In this document: positions 1 to 12,100 of the stretch, piece by piece
Numbering within the stretch: the stretch's first letter is position 1
How the letters are laid out: the number at the start of each line of letters is the position of its first letter
From: Takakia lepidozioides
Taxonomy: Eukaryota > Plantae > Bryophyta
Assembly: GCA_030704615.1 (NCBI GenBank)
Contig: CM060731.1
Location: forward strand, 4,898,001-4,962,000
DNA: 64,000 bases
Direction: 5' to 3'
Translations under genes and position numbers: made by a program
The notes under the pieces: generated by a model
Told to the model about the DNA's origin: nothing
The model's input: the letters and a program-made list of their open reading frames with translations, nothing else
Database searches by the model: none

Positions 1-20
1 TAAAGAGAGAGAGAGAGAGA

Positions 21-3000
21 TTGTACTCATAAGACGTTGTTTGCCGTAGCCTTGTGGCCATTGACCCCGCGCCCAGTTTGAGCGGGAACAAAAGGGACAG
101 AACCTACCTCTGTCAGGGGCTGACGTTGGTAGTAAGACTTACCTCCATATAAAGAATTAATCCGGGTTTTCCAGATATCCTCTAGAAATCCCTTCACACA
201 AGCATCAATCTGCTGGGTGTGATTTGCCCAAAAACTAGGCCTCAGGAGGGCCTGGGCTTTTGGCTCAGCCTCGAGACTTTCAAAGTTGGTAAACAGGGGT
301 ACAGGCACAATTCCCTTAATAGATTTGAAGAGAGCGTCTCTTTGGTGAGAGAACCCCGGACAGTGTATCAGAAAATGAATACTGTCTTCAGATTGCCCAC
401 ACAACGGGCAATTGCACTCTCCCTTTCCTCTCTGCTTCTGTTTGCTGTTCGAAGGTAGGCTTCCTGCCCTGAGTTTAAATTTCAGTCTAGTGCCGAGAGT
501 GGGTAGACCCTTGAGGTCATCCAAGATGACCTCCCCCATGTCACAGACTGGAAACAAGTTCAGGGAAGTTTTCTGCCTAACTTCATTTTCATCAGACAAT
601 CTCATGGCAACAGACATGGCTGAGGACACTACAGCCTCTAAGTCAGATTTATCCTGCAGGGTCAAGACTTGCGGATCCAGGTCCAGGTCCTTGAGGATCT
701 CTTCTACTCTCTTCTGCCAGGACTTAGCCTGTTTGACAGGGCGGTCCTGTTTCCAAGATATAGAGTCGATTAACTTAGGATATCTGGTGTTGGGCATATG
801 TTGCAGCTGACCCCACCATCTGACCTTGAATTCATCTCGTCGGGAGCTTAAGGACGGAATGCCAAACTCACCCCGAACAGCCACATTGGCTGTTTTGGAG
901 CATGCTGACATACACTCCTTAAGCACCCCCACTTGAATGGATTCTAGAGACTTAGCCTGGTTGGAGTTATCAACCCATATAGCAGATCCGTACTCCAAGG
1001 CAGGTCTAATAACGCGACAAAGCATGGTTTTCTTAACCTCAGAGTTGACCCCTCTGCAGTGGAAAAATTTAGTGAGCCCCAGAGCTTTGCCCTTGCCAGT
1101 TTGAACAACTTTCCGGATATGTGCATCCCAATTACAATTGGAGGAGAACTCAACGCCCAGGTAAGTGTAGGAAGTGAGAACCGGGATCTCTTGACTACCC
1201 CACTGCCACTTAAGATCACTTCCTCCCTCTCCTCTGTCGTTGAATTCTACCACTGCACATTTGCTGACATTAGCCTCTAGCCCCCAAAGATCAAAGTATC
1301 TCTTCGCGCAATCAATCAACTCCTGGAGATTGGTTGGAGTCTCCCCTATGCCTGCGAAGTCATCCGCAAACATAAGGGCTGGTATGGTGGTATCACCCAC
1401 CCTTAACCCAAATCCCTCACTTTCCACATCCTCGAGGAGTTGATTGATGAAAACATTGAAGAGCAGAGGGGAGAGAGTACATCCTTGAGCTACACCTTGG
1501 TCTATGTCAAAGAAGTTGGACTTCTGTCCGTTAACAGTGACACAGCTTTTGGTGTGAGCATACAAGTTGTGGACAACTCTCCACATCTTTCCCTTGATCC
1601 CACAAGACCAGAGGCGGAACCATAGGCCATCTCTCCACACTGTGTCATAAGCCTTTTTGACATCCAGGAAAAAGACATAAGTGGGTTTCCCTTCTTTTTT
1701 CCTTCCCTGGATAATCTGGCTTAGAGTGAAGATATGATCCACACAGCCCCTGTTTCGCCGAAAGCCAGCTTGGCCTTCGTGGAAACAACCTCTAGACTCC
1801 AGATCAACCTCGAGACGAGTACTTATAACTCTGCAGAATGTCTTGCCAACAGCATTGAGGAGCGTGATGCCACGGTAGTTCCCCGGTTCTTCTCTGTCAC
1901 CCTTCTTGTATGGATTGACAATGACCCCCTGTCGCCAGCGAAAGGGGATCATTTCAGTCTTCCAGATAAGGTTAAAGAGGAGAACCAGGGCCTCTATCAT
2001 GGGATCGCCACCGTGCTTGATAAGCTCGTTGACAATACCATCAGGTCCACCAGCTTTATATCCATTTAAATGTTCAATTGCTTCCACAATCTCAGAAGAA
2101 TTAATGGGAGCATTATAAGCCATTGAAATACACTCCAGTTCATCAGGGCTGTTTTGAATCATAGGAACAGTTTTTCCAACTGAGTCCCTCCATTCAGCAG
2201 AAGACCCCTCACTGTTAGACCTAGAAGTTCTGCCAAGGATACTGTAGTGAGTTTCAAAGGTTTTGACAATGTCAACCGATGAAGTCACCACTGCACCTTT
2301 AGTAGTCTTCATACTTGTACTTGCTGACCGTTTTTCGGCTTGTACAAACGTTGAAGGGCCAACCAGAATTTCTTGTCATTACCACCATGGTGGTTTGAGT
2401 TTATTTCACTGTATAACTTGTCCCAGTATAATTTCTTCTGAGACCTAGCAAGCTGATTGATATCTTTACGGAGCTGGTAGTACCTCGTCCACAATTCTCT
2501 GTTGGTTTCCAAATTGCAGCACTCTTTATAGAGGGCTCGTCTCTCAGCTATGTTGAGTTTAATCTCATTAGTCCACCAATTAACTGCTCTACCGCAGACG
2601 ATTAGTTTCCTCCCAATGATCTTGTCAGCCACGGAGGAAACGAAACTCTCCCAAGAGTCCACTGCTCTTTCGACTTCATTTCTTGCGTTAACAGAGCGTG
2701 ACTGAAGTTCTTGGAGCGATTGGACAAAATGAGGGAGAGCCTCTTGCAAGGCCTGGACGTACTCAGCCTTGACCTCCTCATTGTGGAATTTTTCTATGCG
2801 CCACTTCCGAATCGAACGTTTCACAGATCTCTTGGTGGTGGGAAAACACCTTTTGATCTCAGTCCAAACCAGGAAGTGGTCAGAGGTACCAATATCAGTT
2901 CTGTCGATCAACACATTGGCACACTGGGGGAACAAAATTTTGTCCATTATGATATAGTCCACAATGGAACGTTCCCCAGTTTGGGATTTCTCACGAGTCC

Positions 3001-3470
3001 ACTGCACTTGGTCACCACTTGTCCTGTTATTCAAGGTCAAAAGCTGAAGCTCTTCTAGACAGTTAATTAACCGTCTGCCATTAGAATTCAGCTCGTCCTC
3101 ACCAAAAGGTCCAATGATATCGTCCTGATGGATCCCTTTGCCCACCCGGGCATTGAAGTCCCCCAATAGTACCACCTGACCTTTGGCAAGGAACGAAGCA
3201 CAGTCCAGCTTTACATCTTCGAAGGCCTTGTCTGCGTCAGCACTAAGGGTCCCCTCTGTGGGCATGTAAACACAACCAACAAAGAGGTCCTTTGTACTCA
3301 TGCCGCCCTTCAAATTCAGTTTTGGCCAGATACTATGCTCGTACCTCAAACCCTTGTATATAATTTCGCAATTATCAAACAAGAAATCACGGACAAAGAA
3401 TCCGACCCCTTTTTGACCGCGTTTGGCAGAGGCTGCCTTGAGAGTACACATCTTACCTGCCCATTTATAA
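21..3470 (-). mobile_element. LINE family A copy 1 (APE endonuclease + RT + C-terminal CCHC; RTE/RTEX-like), 5'-truncated, one frameshift
   Basis: ORF 2309-3470 carries EN motifs GVGFFV, VYMP, GDFNA, IVDYI and SDH. ORF 27-2312 carries RT motifs QAGFR, FLDVKKAYD, QG-LSP, FADD and YLG, plus CPLC..HFLIHC. A 1-bp frameshift lies near 2310 relative to copy 3. TSD TAAAGAGAGAGAGAGAGAGA at 1-20 and 3468-3487. Clade assignment is inferred from domain order. Confidence 0.93.
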
Positions 3471-3513
3471 AGAGAGAGAGAGAGAGAGAACTCTCTGGCT
3501 CTCTCTATCCTTC

Positions 3514-4186
3514 TCAAGGACCTGGACCTGGATCCGCAAGTCTTGACCCTGCTGGATAAATCTGACTTAGAGGCTGTAGTGTCCTCAGCCATGTCTGTTG
3601 CCATGAGATTGTCTGATGAAAATGAAGTTAGGCAGAAAACTTCCCTGAACTTGTTTCCAGTCAGTGACATGGGGGAGGACATCTTGGATGACCTCAAGGG
3701 TCTACCCACTCTCGGCACTAGACTGAAATTTAAACTCAGGGCAGGAAGCCTACCTTTGAACAGCAAACAGAAGCAGAGAGGAAAGGGAGAGTGCAATTGC
3801 CCGCTGTGTGGGCAATCTGAAGACAGTATTCACTTTCTGATACACTGTCCGGGGTTCTCTCACCAAAGAGCGCTCTCTTCAATTCTATCAAGGGAATTGT
3901 GCCTGTACCCCTGTTTAACAACTTTGAAAGTCTCGAGGCTGAGCCAAAAGCCCAGGCCCTCCTGAGGCCTAGTTTTTGGGCAAATCACACCCAGCAGATT
4001 GATGCTTGTGTGAAGGGATTTCTAGAGGATATCTGGAAAACCCGGATTAATTCTATATATGGAGGTAAGTCACACTACCAACGTCAGCCCCTGACAGAGG
4101 TAGGTTCTGTCCCTTTTGTTCCCGCTCAAACTGGGCGCGGGGTCAATGGCCACAAGGCTATGGCAAACAACGTCTTATGAGTACAA
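3514..4186 (+). mobile_element. LINE family A copy 2, 673-bp 3' fragment
   Basis: Near-identical to the 3' end of copies 1 and 3 and ends ...CTTATGAGTACAA. 10-bp TSD TCTATCCTTC at 3504-3513 and 4187-4196. Confidence 0.92.
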
Positions 4187-4862
4187 TCTATCCTTCAATA
4201 TGGCAACCATTCTCGGATTACTTAATCCTGTCGTGGTGTTGACAAATTTCTTTTTGAGCTGCTCGTACATTGCTGTTGGTAAGGCAAGGAGAATCATGCA
4301 TCCATGAAGTTCCTAGTGAACAAACAGGACATTTGATGGCGAACTAATCCATGATATCTTGTGCTAGGCCCTGTAGCAGCAGCATAATGGAGTATATGTG
4401 TACATCGCTCTCTTGGCTGGTCTCCTTACAGATAATTTCTTTCCATGTAGGTGCAAGCTCATAGTTTCTTCAAACCATTCAGAGAAAAACAGCAGTAGTA
4501 TGTGTACACAATAAACACATACAAACAGATTTGAGGTTCTAGAGAACTAAAAGCCTCACTACCTTAGTCTCTTGCCGTTAGTAGCATTTCCTGTAACAAA
4601 AGAAGGTGAAGTGGCCTCACCTGGATTCATCACAGCCCACCAACAAACCAACAGGTTAGTGATCCCTGTGGAACCCCAGGCTTAAACCACTTCACATTTG
4701 TTATCAATCTCATCCCTGTAGCAGGTCATACTAGTAGAGAGAGGAGATGTAAGGGAGGTCCTTTCAGCCATATCTGTCAACAATGGGTACTCTACTTAGC
4801 AGCACCTTTTTCAGCCCATGCTCCAGAGGGTGGGGGTGCGGGTGGGGGGTGGTCTCATGTAA

Positions 4863-5107
4863 GTAAGCACCCATTCCCAAAAGGAAGGTGTCACAAGACC
4901 GAAGTACTCAAGAAAGGGGACACATGGAGGCCTTTGGTTTGTAAAAGTATTCACAGATTCAGAGTAGAGCTAGTCAAGTCCATGTAGGTAAGCGTGACTG
5001 TAAGCACCCATTCCCACAAGGAAGACCAAGCACGCAAGCAAAGGGCACACAAAGAAGCCCTTGGTTTGCATAAGTATTTCTAGATTCAGAGTAGAGCTTA
5101 GTCAAGT
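4863..5107. repeat. Imperfect direct duplication of about 110-135 bp
   Basis: GTAAGCACCCATTCCCA...GATTCAGAGTAGAGCT(T)AGTCAAGT occurs at about 4863-4979 and about 5000-5107. Confidence 0.75.
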
Positions 5108-5264
5108 GTCAACAACCTTTGTGTTGCCATAATAAGCAGCCAGTCAAAGTGCATTAGTAAGGTTGTCAGCTCCTTCAGCTCTTGCGTGCTCCTCTTCCAA
5201 ATGAGAAGAGTGGCCAGGCTTGCTAACCTAATAGGGCAGCTGCTTTAGGTTAAGACCTAGGCAG

Positions 5265-5631
5265 TGTTGGAGGTGTCAAGGCTATAGCCCTTGCATGGCA
5301 CTTTGTGAATAGAACGGGACAGGTAGCTCAGTGGTAGAGCACCCCACCGGAATGGGGGAGGTCCTAGGTTCAATCCCTGGCCCGACCACACGCCAGTGGT
5401 TTTCCAACATGGTGTCAGAGCCAAGGTTGGGGCGGTGGTCAGAATGGGTGGGCATTAGCTATAAGGGCTATGCCCCTTGAGGGGGAGTGTTGGAGGTGTC
5501 AAGGCTATAGCCCTTGCACGGCACTTTTTGAACAGAACGGGACGGGTAGCAAGTGTTAGAGCACCCCATCGGAATGGGGGAGGTCCTAGGTTCAATCCCT
5601 AGCCCGACCACACGCCAGTGGTTTTCCAACA
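5265..5631 (+). mobile_element. Complete TRIM (miniature non-autonomous LTR retrotransposon) with tRNA-derived LTRs
   Basis: LTR1 5265-5409 and LTR2 5488-5631, both TGTTGGA...TCCAACA. PBS TGGTGTCAGAGCC at 5410 (near-match to the tRNA-iMet PBS TGGTATCAGAGC). PPT GAGGGGGAG directly before LTR2. 5-bp TSD GGCAG at 5260-5264 and 5632-5636. Confidence 0.95.
5317..5388 (+). ncRNA. tRNA-like cloverleaf (Pol III A/B boxes) inside the TRIM 5' LTR; second copy at about 5540-5610; probably not a functional tRNA
   Basis: A box TAGCTCAGTGG and B box GGTTCAATCC. Acceptor stem GGAC(A/G)GG with CCCGACC, D stem GCTC/GAGC, T stem CTAGG/CCT(A/G)G. The anticodon loop is non-canonical (no U33). Confidence 0.85.
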
Positions 5632-5860
5632 GGCAGAACATAATGAGTCGTCCCCTTCTCCATTTCCCGATCTGTTCTAGGCAAAATCCTGAACAGAATA
5701 CCGGGGTCAGACAATTCTTGAATGCTGTTAAAAAGAACTTAGCCACATTCAAGGAAAGAGAGATAGATAGAGACAAAAATCCTCAAGCCTCTCATTTTCA
5801 GGTTTCTTAATTCTGACACAAGGTCTTGTAAAGAACTTAGCCAATTCAAGGAAAGAGAGA

Positions 5861-5933
5861 TTGTACTCATAAGACGTTGTTTGCCGTAGCCTTGTGGCCA
5901 TTGACCCCGCGTTCAGTTTGAGCGGGAAATTCT
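5861..5933 (-). mobile_element. ~68-bp family A 3'-end mini-insertion
   Basis: Reverse complement of TTCCCGCTCAAACTG...TTATGAGTACAA. 19-bp TSD CAATTCAAGGAAAGAGAGA at 5842-5860 and 5934-5952. Five extra nt at the 5' junction. Confidence 0.92.
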
Positions 5934-6118
5934 CAATTCAAGGAAAGAGAGAGAGATTATTCATGGGAGCATGGTTACTAGTCATCCACCCTGAATGAAG
6001 TTTGAATGGAGCAGAGTTAGATGCTCATTCACACACATCTTTGATGTTGTATACTGCTAGCTCGTAGGCTTAATTGTTCTTTTCTTTCATAGTTCTGAGA
6101 AATGGTGGTGGATGGCAG

Positions 6119-9100
6119 TGAGCTGGTCTATGAGGTGCTGGACTCGCTGTGCCAACGTTTCCAGGAGTTGGATGTTGCCACCATATTGACTATCTTACAA
6201 TGTGAGAACTCACCATTGTCCATACTTGAAAAATACATTGCATTTGGACTTCATGTAGGAGGAGACATCTTCGTGTCCATGTACAATCTCTGCTGTGCTG
6301 GTTAATGCTTTTGGGTACTGAATGAGTTAGTTGTTCCATTCTCTCATTCTCCAAGCATCTTTGCAATAGACTTTTGAAATGCAGGTGAACACTACATATC
6401 TCTCTGTGTGAACCCTTCACTCTCACGATTTACATCTGTGTCATGAAAGTCTACAGTCCAATCTGTGATGATGACGCAGAATTTGGTCTGCAGCGTGTGG
6501 GATGGGGTTGAGAGCTGACGACCCTTCATCTATGAAAGAGTTTGTTGTCGCCGTTCAGCAGCGTACTGTTGAGTTGAAGGCGTCTCTCCTCCACAATAGC
6601 GAAGAAACTTCCAGTACTATTGGCAAAAGGGTGGGTTCTGTGCAGATCTCTCTTGTGTAGGTTTTTCTTTCCATGAAGTACTACTGGTAGAGGTCTTAAG
6701 AACTGGCTGGAGAGAGGAAAAAGAGGATCTCTTGCACCCTTGAGAAATTGAAAGACCTGGTGACCGTAGGGACTCAATGGCTGATTTGTGGAGAGGGAAA
6801 GATTGTACTCATAAGACGTTGTTTGCCGTAGCCTTGTGGCCATTGACCCCGCGCCCAGTTTGAGCGGGAATGTGGAGAGGGAAAGAGAGAGAGAGAGAGA
6901 GAGGCCACTCTGCCCTAGTTGAACTTGGTGTGTTTTGGTGGTTGCTGACTGTGTCTGGATCTGCATTTCTTCACTTGCCAGTGCATGGCTGAGGTTTTGG
7001 CTTATGAAGGGTATAGATTTTGTGGTGTATTCCCTCCAACCCACCCCCCTTTCAGAAAGACAAAAAATCCACTCATGGACCATTCCTGCAAACATTGACT
7101 CTGCATAAGGTTGATTCCTGCCCTGCTGCTCGATCCCTCTAGCTGGAAGTACATGACAAAGTGTTTTGGTTGCACTGCAAGCCTCCCTGGTCCAGGAAGA
7201 GTTCAACAATAAAGAGAGACTGTAATTCATGACACTTGGTGTTCCTACACGCAAGTACTAAAGAAGGGTACTTTGAGCAGGTACAATTCATGCTTGATAT
7301 GATCTGTGACATTAAGAACAACAAACGGCGATCTAAGGATGAGCCAACACCTCACTTCCGGCTGAAAAAATGGCTCTTAAAGGTGAGTACTTCCAAGGAC
7401 CAGTGTTTTGGTTCAGTTGTTTCCGTTTCTTGAGATTCAGATCCTGTTTCAACAGATGGGGTCACTTGGAAGGGCAGGGGTGAGATGCAATGTGTGAACT
7501 GGAGAGGGAAGTCCCCCCCATCCATGCTCTGTCTCCCTCTCTCTGAGTTTGAGGACCCAAAGTGATATTTCCTGAAATGGTTGCTTTTGTCGTTCTCCTT
7601 TGTTGATTGGGTCTTTGGGCCTCCCTTTGTCTTACTCTCTCATTCTCTCTCCCCCTCTCTCCCTCCTCTCTCTGCTCAAGGGCAAAGTTCATGGTGCAGC
7701 TCAGGGTGGGAGACGTGCAGCTACGAGCAGTCACATGGGTAAGGCTGCTGGACCCCATGAAGAAAGGCCAGTGGTGGCTGCCAGGGACACCAAGTGGCCA
7801 TGCCCAGGAATGCCATGCCAGCGATATAAGGGCTGAGGTTGCAGGGGCCATGGATGCTGGGGCCATGGAAGCTGAGAAAATGCTTCAGCTGGCAGCATCC
7901 CAGAGAATGAACACGGATGCCCGTCGCTCAGTTTTCTGCATTGTCATGAGTGGAGAGGACTACATTGATGCTTTCGAGAAGATTTTGAGACTGAAACTAC
8001 CTGGGAAACAGGTTCTCTCTCTCTCTCTCACTCTCCCTGAGACGACACAAGCTACCTAGACGACAAACAATTCACACGCAAAGGGCTGGCTTGCGGCTGG
8101 CCACTTTCAACTTCTCAGGGTTGACCAACCAAAGGAAACAACTTGAAGTGGGACAAGTTCTTCGGACTAATGATATTCATATCTGTGCTGGGCAAGAAAC
8201 ATGGGAAACGTCGGATAAACTGGTTGGAGATGTCATTGGTTATAAATGGGCAGGTAAGATGTGTACTCTCAAGGCAGCCTCTGCCAAACGCGGTCAAAAA
8301 GGGGTCGGATTCTTTGTCCGTGATTTCTTGTTTGATAATTGCGAAATTATCAACAAGGGTTTGAGGTACGAGCATAGTATCTGGCCAAAACTGAATTTGA
8401 AGGGCGGCATGAGTACAAAGGACCTCTTTGTTGGTTGTGTTTACATGCCCACAGAGGGGACCCTTAGTGCTGACGCAGACAAGGCCTTCGAAGATGTAAA
8501 GCTGGACTGTGCTTCGTTCCTTGCCAAAGGTCAGGTGGTACTATTGGGGGACTTCAATGCCCGGGTGGGCAAAGGGATCCATCAGGACGATATCATTGGA
8601 CCTTTTGGTGAGGACGAGCTGAATTCTAATGGCAGACGGTTAATTAACTGTCTAGAAGAGCTTCAGCTTTTGACCTTGAATAACAGGACAAGTGGTGACC
8701 AAGTGCAGTGGACTCGTGAGAAATCCCAAACTGGGGAACGTTCCATTGTGGACTATATCATAATGGACAAAATTTTGTTCCCCCAGTGTGCCAATGTGTT
8801 GATCGACAGAACTGATATTGGTACCTCTGACCACTTCCTGGTTTGGACTGAGATCAAAAGGTGTTTTCCCACCACCAAGAGATCTGTGAAACGTTCGATT
8901 CGGAAGTGGCGCATAGAAAAATTCCACAATGAGGAGGTCAAGGCTGAGTACGTCCAGGCCTTGCAAGAGGCTCTCCCTCATTTTGTCCAATCGCTCCAAG
9001 AACTTCAGTCACGCTCTGTTAACGCAAGAAATGAAGTCGAAAGAGCAGTGGACTCTTGGGAGAGTTTCGTTTCCTCCGTGGCTGACAAGATCTTTGGGAG

Positions 9101-12100
9101 GAAACTAATCGTCTGCGGTAGAGCAGTTAATTGGTGGACTAATGAGATTAAACTCAACATAGCTGAGAGACGAGCCCTCTATAAAGAGTGCTGCAATTTG
9201 GCAACCAACAGAGAATTGTGGGCGAGGTACTACCAGCTCCGTAAAGATATCAATCAGCTTGCTAGGTCTCAGAAGAAATTATACTGGGACAAGTTATACA
9301 GTGAAATAAACTCAAACCACCATGGTGGTAATGACAAGAAATTCTGGTTGGCCCTTCAACGTTTGTACAAGCCGAAAAACGGTCAGCAAGTACAAGCGCT
9401 GAAGACTACTAAAGGTGCAGTGGTGACTTCATCGGTTGACATTGTCAAAACCTTTGAAACTCACTACAGTATCCTTGGCAGAACTTCTAGGTCTAACAGT
9501 GAGGGGTCTTCTGCTGAATGGAGGGACTCAGTTGGAAAAACTGATGAACTGGAGTATATTTCAATGGCGTATAATGCTCCCATTAGTTCTTCTGAGATTG
9601 TGGAAGCAATTGAACATTTAAATGGATATAAAGCTGGTGGACCTGATGGTATTGTCAACGAGCTTATCAAGCACGGTGGCGATCCCATGATAGAGGCCCT
9701 AGTTCTCCTCTTTAACCTTATCTGGAAGACTGAAATGATCCCCTTTCGCTGGCGACAGGGGGCATTGTCAATCTATACAAGAAGGGTGACAGAGAAGAAC
9801 CGGGGAACTACCGTGGCATCACGCTCCTCAATGCTGTTGGCAAGACATTCTGCAGAGTTATAAGTACTCGTCTCGAGGTTGATCTGGAGTCTAGAGGTTG
9901 TTTCCACGAAGGCCAAGCTGGCTTTCGGCGAAACAGGGGCTGTGTGGATCATATCTTCACTCTAAGCCAGATTATCCAGGGAAGGAAAAAAGAAGGGAAA
10001 CCCACTTATGTCTTTTTCCTGGATGTCAAAAAGGCTTATGACACAGTGTGGAGAGATGGCCTATGGTTCCGCCTCTGGTCTTGTGGGATCAAGGGAAAGA
10101 TGTGGAGAGTTGTCCACAACTTGTATGCTCACACCAAAAGCTGTGTCACTGTTAACGGACAGAAGTCCAACTTCTTTGACATAGACCAAGGTGTAGCTCA
10201 AGGATGTACTCTCTCCCCTCTGCTCTTCAATGTTTTCATCAATCAACTCCTCGAGGATGTGGAAAGTGATAAGTGGGTTAAGGGTGGGTGATACCACCAT
10301 ACCAGCCCTTATGTTTGCGGATGACTTCGCAGGCATAGGGGAGACTCCAACCAATCTCCAGGAGTTGATTGATTGCGCGAAGAGATACTTTGATCTTTGG
10401 GGGCTAGAGGCTAATGTCAGCAAATGTGCAGTGGTAGCATTCAACGACAGAGGAGAGGGAGGAAGTGATCTTAAGTGGCAGTGGGGTAGTCAAGAGATCC
10501 CGGTTCTCACTTCCTACACTTACCTGGGCGTTGAGTTCTCCTCCAATTGTAATTGGGATGCACATATCCGGAAAGTTGTTCAAACTGGCAAGGGCAAAGC
10601 TCTGGGGCTCACTAAATTTTTCCACTGCAGAGGGGTCAACTCTGAGGTTAAGAAAACCATGCTTTGTCGCGTTATTAGACCTGCCTTGGAGTACGGATCT
10701 GCTATATGGGTTGATAACTCCAACCAGGCTAAGTCTCTAGAATCCATTCAAGTGGGGGTGCTTAAGGAGTGTATGTCAGCATGCTCCAAAACAGCCAATG
10801 TGGCTGTTCGGGGTGAGTTTGGCATTCCGTCCTTAAGCTCCCGACGAGATGAATTCAAGGTCAGATGGTGGGGTCAGCTGCAACATATGCCCAACACCAG
10901 ATATCCTAAGTTAATCGACTCTATATCTTGGAAACAGGACCGCCCTGTCAAACAGGCTAAGTCCTGGCAGAAGAGAGTAGAAGAGATCCTCAAGGACCTG
11001 GACCTGGATCCGCAAGTCTTGACCCTGCAGGATAAATCTGACTTAGAGGCTGTAGTGTCCTCAGCCATGTCTGTTGCCATGAGATTGTCTGATGAAAATG
11101 AAGTTAGGCAGAAAACTTCCCTGAACTTGTTTCCAGTCTGTGACATGGGGGAGGTCATCTTGGATGACCTCAAGGGTCTACCCACTCTCGGCACTAGACT
11201 GAAATTTAAACTCAGGGCAGGAAGCCTACCTTCGAACAGCAAACAGAAGCAGAGAGGAAAGGGAGAGTGCAATTGCCCGTTGTGTGGGCAATCTGAAGAC
11301 AGTATTCATTTTCTGATACACTGTCCGGGGTTCTCTCACCAAAGAGACGCTCTCTTCAAATCTATTAAGGGTATTGTGCCTGTACCCCTGTTTACCAACT
11401 TTGAAAGTCTGGAGGCTGAGCCAAAAGCCCAGGCCCTCCTGAGGCCTAGTTTTTGGGCAAATCACACACAGCAGATTGATGCTTGTGTGAAGGGATTTCT
11501 AGAGGATATCTGGAAAACCCGGATTAATTCTTTATATGGAGGTAAGTCTTACTACCAACGTCAGCCCCTGACAGAGGTAGGTTCTGTCCCTTTTGTTCCC
11601 GCTCAAACTGGGCGCGGGGTCAATGGCCACAAGGCTACGGCAAACGTCTTATGAGTACAATCTCTCTCTCCCTGAACTTGTTTCCAGTCTGTGACATGGG
11701 GGAGGACATTATGGATGACCTCAAGGGTTTACCCACTCTCGGCACCAGACTGAAATTTAAACTCAGGGCGGGAAGCGTATCTTTGAACAGCAAACAGAAG
11801 CAGAGAGGAAACGGAGAGTGCAATTGCCTGTTGTGTGGGCAACCTGAAGACAATATTCATTTTCTGATTCACTGTCTGGGGTTCTCTCACCAGAGAGACA
11901 CTCTTCTCAAATCTATGAAGGGAAATGTGCCTGTATCTCTGTTTACCAACTTTGAAAGTTTATTCCAAGGTAAGTCTGACTACCGGCGTCAGCTTCTCTC
12001 AAACTTCTCACCCATGTCTTAACTGTTTCCAGTCTGTGACATGGGTTAGGACCTTAAGGATGACCTGAAGGGCCTACCTACCCTTGGCACCAGTCTGGAA

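Noticed and set aside
3471-3796. N-terminal extension of the 495-aa ORF (2309-3796)
   Set aside because: Artefact of reading through antisense LINE copy 2 and the microsatellite into the truncated EN of copy 1.
21-4186. Copies 1 and 2 as one twin-primed inverted insertion
   Set aside because: Each has its own intact 3' end and its own TSD, so they are two insertions.
5317-5388. Functional tRNA gene
   Set aside because: It lies inside an LTR duplicated at both ends of a TRIM, lacks U33, has acceptor-stem mismatches and has no clear isotype.
5732-5860. ~30-bp direct repeat AAAGAACTTAGCCA(C)ATTCAAGGAAAGAGAGA as the TSD of another element
   Set aside because: The intervening sequence has no element features, so it is more likely a local duplication.
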